Virus record (IMG/VR): IMGVR_UViG_3300012931_000024
Span: 1-54,093 of that record
Length of the DNA stretch: 54,093 nucleotides
Source: a virus
Taxonomy: Duplodnaviria; Caudoviricetes
Strand: one strand, 5' to 3'
Made by a program: the position numbers and the translations under genes. Each line of letters opens with the position of its first letter. Position 1 is the first letter of the stretch. The notes under the pieces were generated by a model, which saw nothing but the letters and a program-made list of their open reading frames with translations, searched no databases and was not told where the DNA came from. Shown here piece by piece: positions 17,527 to 27,885 of the stretch.

Positions 17527-20500
17527 TAATGGGCACCCAACATTAAATAATCCCTCATATATTGTTCAATTGCTTGATTTACTGCTTCCTCAATACCTTT
17601 AATAGTTACATTAATATTGGCACCACCAGTACCAAATAAACCACCACGGGTATTTTCTTCAATTCGTAAAAGAATTCCATTAGTTGAAACTAAAGCATCT
17701 TGAAGACTTACCCCAATTTCAGCAATTGCAACAGAGGTTTCCCCAGCAACAACTCCCCTTACCGCTTCATGGGCAGTTACTGGAGATTGAACTCCAGATG
17801 GAGTAAAAGAAGATGTTCCTCCAGAGAAAAGGGCCATTCCTATTAAGCCAACCACTGTTATTAATGCACTCGCAACAGCACCCCCTACTGTTTCAAACAA
17901 AGACCTTAAAGCATTGGTCAGTAATTGAGTAAGTTCTTTTATGCCAGGTTCTATACCTGCTTTAAAAATAGCTTTAAACATATTCTTAGCTGAAGTTTTA
18001 AGGTCTTGTCCTCCTTCCAACATAGCATCAATAATATCAGTTATCCCGCTTGTAATGCCCTTGACCACATTATCTATCTGCTCTTTATACTTAATTTGTA
18101 AATCTATCTCTGCCTTAACTTGTGGAACAATTTGAAATTGCAATTGGTTTCTAATTTCAAGGAATCTATCTGGTGATACACCATTAACAAGTTCTTGAAC
18201 TATATCAGCTAAAGGTTGGGCCCAAGGACTCCCTAACATCTGGGCAGCTTGTTGAAATTCCTTCATCATATTCAACATAGTTGGGTCAGCTTCAAGGGGC
18301 TTTATAAGTCCACCAGGACCAAGTTCTTTTGGAACTTCCATCTTGCCAATTCTGGCACCAAGGTCAGAAAATTCCTTAGCATTCCTTAGTAAACTGGCAA
18401 AGCGTTCTTGTATGGGGCCCCAAGCAGTTTTGCCAACCAAATCAACCCCAATTCCGACCAATTCCCTCCTATATTCCACCGCCTTCTGAAGCCATTTCTC
18501 TTGTGCCAATCTATTTTTATCAAGCAATATTGCAATATCATCTAAATCCTTCTTTTCTTGTAGTCTAGCCTTCTCCCTGGATTGAGCTAATTGGGCATTA
18601 GTAATTTCTTCTACTTGTGATTTCCTCTTAGCTTCAATTATTTTTTCTTCCAATTCAGCCGTTAATCTGTCAAGTTCCAATTTTCTGTTAAGGTTTGCTA
18701 ATTGTTCCTCATAAAGTCTATTTTGTATTCTGATGGCTTCGGTTGCATATTCAGCACCTGTTTTAGCTCCCGTTGCTAATTGAGTAGACAAAATTTCCCT
18801 TTGAGTATCGGCCTGTGCCTCATGTAATTTAAAAGTGCTTTCAGCCGCAGATAATTCATTTTTAGCTGCGGTGATTCTTAATTCAAGTTCTGCAATTGTC
18901 AACTGTGACCTTTCTTTAGCAGCCTCTAAATTAAATTCCCTTATTTTCTTTTCACCAGCCATTCTAACATTATCAAGAGCATCTTGAGCTTTTCTAATTT
19001 CTAAATCAGAATACATAGTTGCAGGGGCCCTTTTAATCCTTTCTAAGGCTGCCTCTTTTTCCATCCTTTCAGCATATACTTCTCTTTGTAAAGCTGCGCT
19101 TCTTGCAGCAATAGATTCCTCAGTTGCAATTGCTCCAGATTGCCTCATAGTATTGACTTTCTGAAAGGTATCCTTGGCAATTGCAACTTCTTTCCTGGCC
19201 TTTTCCTCATCATATAATTCAAATCCAACTCCTTTGGACATTCTATTCATAAGTTCTATAACGGCTGGAACATACTTTTGTGTCTCAGTTTTAAATTTTG
19301 TTAAATCTAGAGGACCAAGCAAAGGCACCTTTCCTGGACCGGCATTATAAGCTGCAAGGGCTTTGGCAATCTGGTCTATTTGATTGGGATAGTTAGCCAA
19401 TTGTTGACTAAAATATTTTGTCCCTGCCACAATATTAGTAGTAACATCAAAAGCTGGAGCCATAACTTGTCTATATTTTTCCAAACCTGCATTAAATTCT
19501 TCCAGACTTACTGTACCATTTTTATATCCTTTAGAAAGTTTCTGAAATTCTGTGGTATATGCTTCTAATTCTGCCCTTGTTTTTCCAAATTCAACTCCCA
19601 TTAGTTGAGCAGTTGTAGGCATTAATTGCATATAGCCAAGAGCACCGGCGGAACTAACTGCATATTGTTTAAAACTGCTTTCCTGTGCTATAATAGCGGC
19701 AACCATATTTGGAGTGGTATTAGTAAACTTCCCAACCGCTATATTGACAGCGGTCATTACACTAGACATCTTATCTCCGGAAACACTAAACCTTTCCGCT
19801 GATTTATCCCACTCAACACCTCCAAGATTTTTTGGATAATTCATAATAGGAACATTTTTACTCATTTCCGCTACTATATCATTCCATTTACTAGCAATAA
19901 CTTGTAGTCTAATTAATAAATCCCCAAAAGAAGCATCAGAAGCAGACCCAACTTTCTTTACCTCCGCTAAAAGTTTCAAAAAGGAATCAATTACTTCTTT
20001 TCTAACTTTAGGTCCAAGTTCAGCCAGGGGAATAATCATGGATTCTACTGTATTTTCCATCTGCTTTTTTACTTCATCCGGTACATCAGCAGGTAAGTTT
20101 GCATTAAGTTGTCCAAGAAGAAATTTAATTGTATTTTGGGCTTCTTGGAAGTCCTTAATATCAATTGGCTTCTCTTTGATTTTTTCCTGTTCCCGAAGTT
20201 CTGCTGTAACCTTCATTAACAAATCAAGTTGATCCTTAACTGTTCTATTCTGACTTGCCCAAAGGTCAGTAATTCTCCTAACACTATCCTCACTACTGGA
20301 AAATAATTTTTCAAATTCTCCTCTGGTGGAAGTTACTATATCAAGGGGTTTTTGACCAAGGGCTTTCCAATCTATTGAATCAAGTTCTCTTTGAATAATA
20401 ACTCTGGTAGTTGCCCAATCAGCACGAATTTTATCGTTTGTTTCCTTTTGTTCTCTTATAACTTCTGGTCTCCTCATAGCTTGAATAGCTGGACCTATAT

Positions 20501-22445
20501 CAATTTCAGTCAGAGGTACTTCTTGTGGAGCTTCTGCCTCCCTTCTAAGTGCTGCCTGTTTTTTCTCAAGCCTATCCAATTGAATTATAAGTAGGGTTAT
20601 TGCTTTTACTCCCTTTTCTAATTCATCCACTAATAATTTTGTTCTAAAATTATTAAGAATATCTTGTTGTTCCTTCCAACTCTGGTTAGCAAGTCTGAGT
20701 TGACCTGATAATTCTGGATATTTTCCAATTAATTCAACAATTAACCTTTCATGTTCAGACGTACCAACTTGAGTCTTCCCAAGACTTTTAGTAAGTTCAT
20801 CAAATTCTTTTATATTTTTAGTAGATTCAGTTGATAGTTTTACAGCCGATTCACGGGCCCTATCGGAAGCGGTAGCAAGAATATAAAGTACATAAGCAAG
20901 GGCGGTAATTGCTGCCACAATCCCAGTAAATACTAAGCCTCCACCAAGGGCTGTTACCAAAGCAAGAAATGGTGCTTTAACTACATTAATTAAACTACCA
21001 AGCGGTGTCATTGCTAATTTTAAAGCAGTAGCACTAGCCGCAGCTTTAATAGCTGCACCTGAAAAATATTCCCATCCTCCAGCTAAATAACCTACAAGTC
21101 TCATTAAACCCGATATGGCAATCCCTAATCCGCCTATCCCTAAAATAAATGCACCAACCACACTTATTACTGATAAAATACCAGCGGATAAAAATTGAAG
21201 TGGTGCAACAGCACCTATAATTATTGCTCCAAGATTAACAAGCCAAGACGCAAGGTCTACTAATGTCTTAAAAAATGGAAGAAATTTTGCGGTTAGAGAG
21301 ATAAATAAAGCATCAAGGGAGGATTTTAAATATGCTAATGAACCAACTAAATTATTTAATACCACATCAGCAAGTCGTTTAGCTTCCCCGGCTGCATTTT
21401 GATTCTCATAAGCAAATCTTTTCAAATCATTCAAACCAGCTGCTAAGGCTACAGCACCGGCGGCGGAACGAGCAGTAAAAACTCCCCCAGCTTGGGTTAT
21501 GGTCATATTAACTCTGGCCATATCAGATAAAATATCTATGAAGGGACGCATTTTCCCTGTTGTATCTGTTACCAATACCCCCATTTGTCTAAAATTATCA
21601 ATAAATGTTTTGGAATCATCTGTTAAACGAAGTAATATAGCTCTCAAGGTAGTACCGGCCATCGAACCTCTTATGCCAGCATTAGCAAGTACCTGTATAG
21701 CTGCCGCTGTCTCGTCAACACTCATTCCTGCGGACCGAGCCATAGGTGCTACATAACGCATAGCATTTGAAAAATCACTTATCCCCATATTAGCAGAAGT
21801 GGAAGCTTTGGCCATCACATCTGTAAAATGGGCAAAATCAACGGCCGACAAATTAAAAGCATGGATTGATTCTGTAGCTACCCTGGCGGCATCAGCAATA
21901 GTTAATTGACCAGCAGCAGCCATATACATAACTGAAGGTAGAACACCTACTATTTGACTTACCGTAAGACCTGACCTGGCAAGAATCTGCATAGCTTCTG
22001 ATGCTTGGGTGGCAGAAAAAACAGTTTCTCTACCCATCTGGAGAGCAGCTTCCCTAAGTTCATTCATTTGTGATGAAGTAGCTTTAGTTATACCTGCAAC
22101 TAAGGACATTTGCTTTTCAAATTCGGCACCTTCTTTGGTAGGAAAAAAAGCCAAAGCTAAAATTGCACCACCGGCCAATATAGACCTCATAGAAGTCATC
22201 ATTAATTGGTTAGAGGAATGGACAATGTTTTGGATAGCACTTTGAGCCGTTTTAATACTCTCACTATATTGTGCCCATGCTTGGGAAGTTCCAGTAATTG
22301 CACCACTAATGGAAGTCCCAACATTCTTCATTTCATTGCCAAAGGCAGTTACTTTTCCTTTTGCTGTATCTAAACCTGCTACTAAGGGAGCCAGGTTTAT
22401 CCCTAAATCAATTAACATTTGACCAAATGTACCAGCAGCCGGCAT
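17526..22445 (-). CDS. tape measure protein (TP901-type core) with lytic transglycosylase (SLT) domain
   Basis: 1639 aa; FSATQASEAM..LA..G, ANAGIRGSMAGTTLR; SLT motifs AIIAQESS, GALGYMQLMPTTA, ALAAYNAGPG, ETQKYV. Confidence 0.93.
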   Translation of the reverse strand: MPAAGTFGQMLIDLGINLAPLVAGLDTAKGKVTAFGNEMKNVGTSISGAITGTSQAWAQYSESIKTAQSAIQNIVHSSNQLMMTSMRSILAGGAILALAFFPTKEGAEFEKQMSLVAGITKATSSQMNELREAALQMGRETVFSATQASEAMQILARSGLTVSQIVGVLPSVMYMAAAGQLTIADAARVATESIHAFNLSAVDFAHFTDVMAKASTSANMGISDFSNAMRYVAPMARSAGMSVDETAAAIQVLANAGIRGSMAGTTLRAILLRLTDDSKTFIDNFRQMGVLVTDTTGKMRPFIDILSDMARVNMTITQAGGVFTARSAAGAVALAAGLNDLKRFAYENQNAAGEAKRLADVVLNNLVGSLAYLKSSLDALFISLTAKFLPFFKTLVDLASWLVNLGAIIIGAVAPLQFLSAGILSVISVVGAFILGIGGLGIAISGLMRLVGYLAGGWEYFSGAAIKAAASATALKLAMTPLGSLINVVKAPFLALVTALGGGLVFTGIVAAITALAYVLYILATASDRARESAVKLSTESTKNIKEFDELTKSLGKTQVGTSEHERLIVELIGKYPELSGQLRLANQSWKEQQDILNNFRTKLLVDELEKGVKAITLLIIQLDRLEKKQAALRREAEAPQEVPLTEIDIGPAIQAMRRPEVIREQKETNDKIRADWATTRVIIQRELDSIDWKALGQKPLDIVTSTRGEFEKLFSSSEDSVRRITDLWASQNRTVKDQLDLLMKVTAELREQEKIKEKPIDIKDFQEAQNTIKFLLGQLNANLPADVPDEVKKQMENTVESMIIPLAELGPKVRKEVIDSFLKLLAEVKKVGSASDASFGDLLIRLQVIASKWNDIVAEMSKNVPIMNYPKNLGGVEWDKSAERFSVSGDKMSSVMTAVNIAVGKFTNTTPNMVAAIIAQESSFKQYAVSSAGALGYMQLMPTTAQLMGVEFGKTRAELEAYTTEFQKLSKGYKNGTVSLEEFNAGLEKYRQVMAPAFDVTTNIVAGTKYFSQQLANYPNQIDQIAKALAAYNAGPGKVPLLGPLDLTKFKTETQKYVPAVIELMNRMSKGVGFELYDEEKARKEVAIAKDTFQKVNTMRQSGAIATEESIAARSAALQREVYAERMEKEAALERIKRAPATMYSDLEIRKAQDALDNVRMAGEKKIREFNLEAAKERSQLTIAELELRITAAKNELSAAESTFKLHEAQADTQREILSTQLATGAKTGAEYATEAIRIQNRLYEEQLANLNRKLELDRLTAELEEKIIEAKRKSQVEEITNAQLAQSREKARLQEKKDLDDIAILLDKNRLAQEKWLQKAVEYRRELVGIGVDLVGKTAWGPIQERFASLLRNAKEFSDLGARIGKMEVPKELGPGGLIKPLEADPTMLNMMKEFQQAAQMLGSPWAQPLADIVQELVNGVSPDRFLEIRNQLQFQIVPQVKAEIDLQIKYKEQIDNVVKGITSGITDIIDAMLEGGQDLKTSAKNMFKAIFKAGIEPGIKELTQLLTNALRSLFETVGGAVASALITVVGLIGMALFSGGTSSFTPSGVQSPVTAHEAVRGVVAGETSVAIAEIGVSLQDALVSTNGILLRIEENTRGGLFGTGGANINVTIKGIEEAVNQAIEQYMRDYLMLGAH

Positions 22446-22852
22446 TAATTTTCTTTCCTTGGCATAGAATGTAAAAAGTTTTCAAATCTTTCAGACATTA
22501 ATTTTTTCCCTGATTTAGAAAAAGAAGAAGTTGCTACAGGTGTCTCCCCAAGCAACTTCTTTTGCCATGTTTCAAATATTTTCCCCTTTCCTCTGTTAAA
22601 TGATAAATCTAGAGCATGACTGACAGCTATCAGCACACCCATTGCATGGTCAAGAGCCTCCAGTTTTTTGTTATTTAAAACAGCCTTTACTAAGAGGACA
22701 AGAAATTCATAAGAATACCCATCAACTATATCCTCATAGTTATGACCCTCTTTAATAAGTAAGGCTATTGTAGGGGTGATGGAGAAGTCGCTGTTTTTTC
22801 GGCCATCTTCAAGGTCTCCACCCCTCCAAGAATCTGGCCGAAAAAGTTTTTT
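22445..22852 (-). CDS. tail assembly chaperone, -1 frameshift extension (gpT-like)
   Basis: -1 frame relative to 22765..23205, entered at the A AAA AAC slippery site; directly upstream of the tape measure. Confidence 0.8.
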   Translation of the reverse strand, partial: KKLFRPDSWRGGDLEDGRKNSDFSITPTIALLIKEGHNYEDIVDGYSYEFLVLLVKAVLNNKKLEALDHAMGVLIAVSHALDLSFNRGKGKIFETWQKKLLGETPVATSSFSKSGKKLMSERFENFLHSMPRKEN

Positions 22853-23205
22853 ATGTGATTCCAATTAAGAACAAATATCTGCACCCCAATAGCCGTTGCT
22901 TTACCCCATTCCATATCCTCAGCTTCAGTTATACTTTCAAGACGAAGGGTTACTGCAATAAGCTCAGGAAGGACTGGAGCAATACCCTCAAGCAAGTCAA
23001 CAATAAGGTCTGGTGTTAATTTTCGGTCTAGTTCCGCAAAATCTACACCATTAGCCTGAAGATTTTTAACCATTATCTTCAGAGTAGAAGTAAGTCGAAT
23101 GACTTGCTTGAGGGTCCAGGGTTTTATGGTTAAATCACCAATTTTTATTTCCGAAAAAATTGCCATTCCTTCTTGCACTTCAGTTTTATTGCCGCCTTTT
23201 GCCAT
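22765..23205 (-). CDS. tail assembly chaperone (gpG-like)
   Basis: Between major tail and tape measure genes; ends ...IKNFF with a slippery heptamer. Confidence 0.82.
   Translation of the reverse strand: MAKGGNKTEVQEGMAIFSEIKIGDLTIKPWTLKQVIRLTSTLKIMVKNLQANGVDFAELDRKLTPDLIVDLLEGIAPVLPELIAVTLRLESITEAEDMEWGKATAIGVQIFVLNWNHIKNFFGQILGGVETLKMAEKTATSPSPLQ
22846..22852 (-). promoter_or_regulatory. programmed -1 ribosomal frameshift site A AAA AAC
   Basis: Minus strand ATA AAA AAC TTT TTC; the -1 frame reads HKKLFRP and stays open to 22445. Confidence 0.8.
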
Positions 23206-23325
23206 GACCTTATCCCTTCATTTAATGGCATTAAACTAATGCCAAAATAGTCCTATCAAGTCCCCGGTTTAGGCGGACAGGGAGCAGGACGAGTAATTAT
23301 CGGTCCCATTTTATTCCCCTCTTAC

Positions 23326-24501
23326 TTATGTAGCATCCTCATAGTTCCTGAAATAACCAAAGGGATAAGTGGGATCCACATTGGTATTGTCCAGAACTTC
23401 AATGGACATTGGAACTGGAAGCCAAGTTTTGTCATCCAGTTTCATTGCCCCTTTCGATTTAATGGAAGCTTTCCCGAAGTATGCTTCCCACTGGATACCA
23501 CGACCAGTTGATGGGAAACATTCAAGACGAACCTCGCCTTCAATGGCAGCCTGGGCGGCAATAGCCATCTTTTGAGAAGCCCAGGTCACGTAGGTAAAAG
23601 AAACTTTGACTTCCTCTTCAGGACCGAAGAAACCGGCTGCAATTCGAGAAACCCGACCATCCTGACGGCTACTAGGAGAAGCTACCCCAGGGTCAAGGAC
23701 ATAATCAGTATTAGCCACACCATTTTGACGGACGCAGTTACAAGTGGCAGGAGTGGTAACCGAAGCCGCTGCCACCCGAATCCAGTACGCAGTATGACCA
23801 TTTACTTCATACAATGCCCAATCAACCGGGATAGTCCAGTTAACCTTGCCATCAGTATCGAGGCCATCACCAGCCCCTGCTGTGGTCAATGTTGCCCAGG
23901 TATTGTCATTCTTACGATACTGCCAAGTAAGAGCACCGTAACTACCATTGACCGCCAGGTCAATATACATTTCTTGGAATTTGGTAAGTTTACCAAAGTA
24001 GAGGAAGTCGGTGCTTTCAGCAAGCAATTCAAAAGGAGAACCGGCCAAAGAATCAGCCTCAATTGAATTGTCCACATAGCCAACAATTGAATTATCATAC
24101 AACAGACAATAATCCAAGAACTGGCGGACTGTCACAGCGGTAAGACCATAATAAGCCCCAACAGATATGAATGAAGTACCTGACAGGGAAAGTTTTTGGT
24201 CAACCTTATTAGCAGTTCCAGCCCCCTCCAAAACCGTGTCCCCACCTCTGAAGAATAGTCTCATATTCTCAAAGTTGGGTTCATCCATGGTAAAGTTAAT
24301 GGTGAGTTTGTCTTCCAGAATGATTTCTTTATCCTTCATTCTTTTTCCAGAACGGTTGGTAAAGTGTTCCAGAAGGTCTTGCCCGGGCTCCAAATCAATT
24401 TCAACAATGTTGCCCAGGTCCCTCTCACCATCGCCCAGGTTTACAAACAACTTAATTCCACCTGGAACAGTATAATTGTCAGTACTCGGAGCCTCCGGCA
24501 T
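23326..24501 (-). CDS. major tail tube protein with inserted accessory domain
   Basis: RDLGN...EHFTNRSG.R.KD N-terminus; position upstream of the chaperones. Confidence 0.82.
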   Translation of the reverse strand: MPEAPSTDNYTVPGGIKLFVNLGDGERDLGNIVEIDLEPGQDLLEHFTNRSGKRMKDKEIILEDKLTINFTMDEPNFENMRLFFRGGDTVLEGAGTANKVDQKLSLSGTSFISVGAYYGLTAVTVRQFLDYCLLYDNSIVGYVDNSIEADSLAGSPFELLAESTDFLYFGKLTKFQEMYIDLAVNGSYGALTWQYRKNDNTWATLTTAGAGDGLDTDGKVNWTIPVDWALYEVNGHTAYWIRVAAASVTTPATCNCVRQNGVANTDYVLDPGVASPSSRQDGRVSRIAAGFFGPEEEVKVSFTYVTWASQKMAIAAQAAIEGEVRLECFPSTGRGIQWEAYFGKASIKSKGAMKLDDKTWLPVPMSIEVLDNTNVDPTYPFGYFRNYEDAT

Positions 24502-24518
24502 TTTCCTTCCCTCCTACC

Positions 24519-24977
24519 TTAGTAATTTACATGAGAAAAAGCATTTCCCATGTTATGTCCATAAATTATGAAAAACTCCATCCTCAACAAAGCATTAATG
24601 TCATTTGGATATTCTTTTTTCGTTGGTCCTTGTTGACATTCAAGAATCAAACCTTTTAATACATCCTTATTTTGAGAAGAAAATATTGCATTATGGATTC
24701 TAGCTTGCAAAATGTCCATTTCATCGGAAAAATCTTCATATCCATGTGCAGGAACATCTACATAAGTATCCACTATTAAACGTATTTCATTCATCATTAA
24801 ACGATTTCGGGGATTTGGAACCTCCCCTAATTCATAAAAAAATAAACAAGGAAAGGATTTTCCATCTAAATCTACTGGAGCATTCCTCCAACGATTCACT
24901 TCTTTAATTTCAGAAATTGTAGAAAGGGCTTGACCAACTACTTGTAATGCCAAAGTTTTTACCGGAACATCTGCCAT
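24519..24977 (-). CDS. tail terminator/completion protein
   Basis: 152 aa just upstream of the tail tube; FPCLFFY motif. Confidence 0.65.
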   Translation of the reverse strand: MADVPVKTLALQVVGQALSTISEIKEVNRWRNAPVDLDGKSFPCLFFYELGEVPNPRNRLMMNEIRLIVDTYVDVPAHGYEDFSDEMDILQARIHNAIFSSQNKDVLKGLILECQQGPTKKEYPNDINALLRMEFFIIYGHNMGNAFSHVNY

Positions 24978-25549
24978 TATTTTCCTCTAAATTTCATACA
25001 AACTTCAGCTATATCAGCTTGTATTCTCGGAATAATATAAGGATAAATTAATGTTTCTATATCTATCCTTCTCGGATAAGAGACACTTTTTTTCAAAATT
25101 GCAACCGGTGTAAAATCAAAAGGATCGGAAGAATTTCTGACAAAAAGCATTCCTTTTCGTGAGAAAGTAGTCCCACCATAAGTCTTTCCTGCACCTTCAA
25201 TTGGTATTGCCAAAGCCTGTTTATTTCTTGGTAATATTAATACCGTTGCAGATTGACCAGGTAATCTAAAATGGGAATAAGCATAATTGTAACCTGTTAC
25301 TGGATTTCGAGCATCATATTTCACACCGCCAAATATTACCCATCCTACACGGCGAGGTTCAACAACACTTCCGCTATCTGCTAATCTCCCTGACCTACTT
25401 CTAACACTAACAGGACCTTTATGGGACAAAAATCTCCCTTTTATCCAACCTAATAATTCATTACTACGTCCACGCACAATGTTTTTTATCTGAGGCCATA
25501 ACTGCATCTCAAATTCAACCATGTTGGTTATGACCCTTTGATAACTCAT
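24977..25549 (-). CDS. neck/tail-completion protein (HK97 gp10-like)
   Basis: RSGRLADS motif; basic; neck position. Confidence 0.6.
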   Translation of the reverse strand: MSYQRVITNMVEFEMQLWPQIKNIVRGRSNELLGWIKGRFLSHKGPVSVRSRSGRLADSGSVVEPRRVGWVIFGGVKYDARNPVTGYNYAYSHFRLPGQSATVLILPRNKQALAIPIEGAGKTYGGTTFSRKGMLFVRNSSDPFDFTPVAILKKSVSYPRRIDIETLIYPYIIPRIQADIAEVCMKFRGK

Positions 25550-26145
25550 GAAGTCAATTCCGTTAAGTCATAAGGAGCTAAATAACCTTTTACTTCCGAT
25601 AGTAAAGGACCTACTTCAAATTTTTGAATATTGCCATCCGGAAAAGAGACAGTTTGAAGTCCTAAGTCTTTTCTCCGTTTAAAATCATAAGCTGCTTGTA
25701 AGGTAGCCGCATATCTAATATCAACTGGAAGTTCTATATGTGACCCTGGGGGAACCGGCATTGGATAAGTATAGCCCCCGATATACTGAATCTTAATTGA
25801 ACGAAAGGCGTAGGGCCATTTCCCGCTCTTATAACCGACAGAATTGACAAAGTTCATATACTCTGAAGCATCAATCAAATTATCACTTAACCATTCCCAA
25901 TCTTCATCTTGATAAATTGAAGTAATAGAAACAATCGGTGGATTTTTTACATAAAATACTTCTACTCCACCACCATGATATTCTGTATAAGTCCCCTCTC
26001 CAAAAATCCGTGAACAAAACTTCTCAATTCCTGAACTAATAGCTGGAATAATAGTTAATTGGATTAAATCATCAAAATCTGTTGAAATAGGAGTACCGGT
26101 AGTCCGCAAATATTCTTTAACTTCCTCTAAAGTTGTTAAATTCAT
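25546..26145 (-). CDS. head-tail connector protein (gp6/gp15-like)
   Basis: LTTLEEVKEYL start; IEKFCSR; YIGGY; LPVDIRYA. Confidence 0.82.
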   Translation of the reverse strand: MNLTTLEEVKEYLRTTGTPISTDFDDLIQLTIIPAISSGIEKFCSRIFGEGTYTEYHGGGVEVFYVKNPPIVSITSIYQDEDWEWLSDNLIDASEYMNFVNSVGYKSGKWPYAFRSIKIQYIGGYTYPMPVPPGSHIELPVDIRYAATLQAAYDFKRRKDLGLQTVSFPDGNIQKFEVGPLLSEVKGYLAPYDLTELTS

Positions 26146-26157
26146 TTAAAGATTTCC

Positions 26158-26574
26158 TTACTCTTTCTTTGCGTTATCCGGATTATTCCTGTGAAGTCTC
26201 CTATGCAACGGATTTTTTGGTAATTTTTCTTTTTTAGGTTTTTCCTCGAGTTTTTCTTCAAATTGAGCTATGGATTCAGGGGACTTTACTTCAGATACAT
26301 CCTTTACATCTTCTGAGATAAATCTTTCTATCTCATAAACTCTGGAAAGGATTGTACCTTCATGAAAGCCGGTTTCCACTGGGAGAAGGGCAGGACATAC
26401 TTCCCAAGCTTTTGAATTGTGTGGACGACGCCTTATATCCACATTAAAAATAACTTTTTTTCCTTTACAACCCACCACAGGACAAACTATATTAGCAAGT
26501 CCTTTACCACTGATTACTACTTCACTTCCACATCTCTCACATGTATAAGAAATTTTTTGAACATTTTCATTCAT
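26158..26574 (-). CDS. hypothetical Zn-ribbon protein
   Basis: CERC...CPVVGC; Lys/Glu-rich tail. Confidence 0.6.
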   Translation of the reverse strand: MNENVQKISYTCERCGSEVVISGKGLANIVCPVVGCKGKKVIFNVDIRRRPHNSKAWEVCPALLPVETGFHEGTILSRVYEIERFISEDVKDVSEVKSPESIAQFEEKLEEKPKKEKLPKNPLHRRLHRNNPDNAKKE

Positions 26575-26762
26575 TTTCGGATTACTCCTTCTGTTTTAAG
26601 TAAATTTTCCCCACAAATTGGGCATCTTGGTGTTCCTTCAGAAATTTGAGAAATGGGAAAATTACCGTGTCCTTTGGGACAATAAAGAATGTATTTTTTA
26701 TCAGGAAAAACCATCTTACATTCTTTCCTTAACATCTTTATTGTCTCCTTGCCAAAGGGTTG

Positions 26763-26788
26763 CTCCCGGGGAACGGTGCCCCCGGGAG
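26763..26788. terminator. GC-rich hairpin after the head decoration genes
   Basis: CTCCCGGGG...CCCCGGGAG inverted repeat in an intergenic gap. Confidence 0.5.
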
Positions 26789-26827
26789 ACTTTTCAAGAA
26801 GGTTAACCAGGCGGCAGAGACAATTCT

Positions 26828-27853
26828 TTATAGTCTAACGGCCTGATAACTAATGATGGCATCGTTTTGAGGGTCTGCATTAAAGGTGAAGGTAATAAAA
26901 CCTGCACCGGCGACCGCAGACACCCCAGTAACATTCCCAGTACCATCATTAATAATTGACCAATAGACTAAATCATTAGCGGCTATCTTGCTGTCATAAA
27001 CCTTGATAGCCGCACCGTAAGCAGCATTATCCGCTGCAACTTCATCACCAGTTACTGTCCCAACACTATCATGACCAGTCGTTTCTGCTTCATGCAGATT
27101 GTACTTGGCTTTCAAGTCATTGAGACGGGTAACAGCTTCCTGCAAGGTGATAGGGGTTACTGCGCTCACTAGTGCATGAGTAGTATCCTGTGCAGAGTGA
27201 TAAGCCCAACCACTTGCCAGAATAACATCAGCATTATGAGCAGCATATAACGTTAGCAATGTCCCAGCAGTTGCCAGCAGAGTGGCTAAAGTAGTGGGAA
27301 TGGCACCAATACTCGTAGTTGGATGGGGGGCGGTAGTGTGCCTGGTCTCATTAGCAAAGTGACTGATAATGTCAGCCCGAATCTCAGTACACAAAGCAAT
27401 GGCAGAAGCCAAACCAGCAACATTTTCCTCTCTGCTGGTTGTATGGGCATCTTCCGCAGAGACAGCTTTGACAAGACCCCCAAGGCCAATATAAATCCAA
27501 CCAAGAGTAGTAGAAATTACTTTGACAAGAGTACCGCAAGCAATGAGGTTGGAAGAAGTATTGTCGAAGGTATTCTTATCGACAACATACATCGTTGTAC
27601 CAACCATTGCCTGAGTGATAGAGGTGGCTGCCATACTGATAACGCCAGTACGGTAGACTTCCACCTCTTTCGCCCCATTAGCACCCGAGTTCACTACTCC
27701 TTTAGCACAGACACCAACAAACCTTAAGCCTGCGGTATCAGTAGCTGGAATAGCATAACCAGAAGCATCTATGGCAACCAAGTCATCCTTGGCGATGGTG
27801 GTAGATGCCTTAACCGGGTACTTAATTTTGCTACCTGTAAATTTCCGAACCAT
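26828..27853 (-). CDS. capsid decoration/cement protein (DUF2190-like) with C-terminal extension
   Basis: N-terminal ~120 aa paralogous to 27886..28296; His/Ala-rich helical extension. Confidence 0.7.
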   Translation of the reverse strand: MVRKFTGSKIKYPVKASTTIAKDDLVAIDASGYAIPATDTAGLRFVGVCAKGVVNSGANGAKEVEVYRTGVISMAATSITQAMVGTTMYVVDKNTFDNTSSNLIACGTLVKVISTTLGWIYIGLGGLVKAVSAEDAHTTSREENVAGLASAIALCTEIRADIISHFANETRHTTAPHPTTSIGAIPTTLATLLATAGTLLTLYAAHNADVILASGWAYHSAQDTTHALVSAVTPITLQEAVTRLNDLKAKYNLHEAETTGHDSVGTVTGDEVAADNAAYGAAIKVYDSKIAANDLVYWSIINDGTGNVTGVSAVAGAGFITFTFNADPQNDAIISYQAVRL

Positions 27854-27885
27854 TCAACCACCCCTTCCTTTTACTTAATTAGAGG

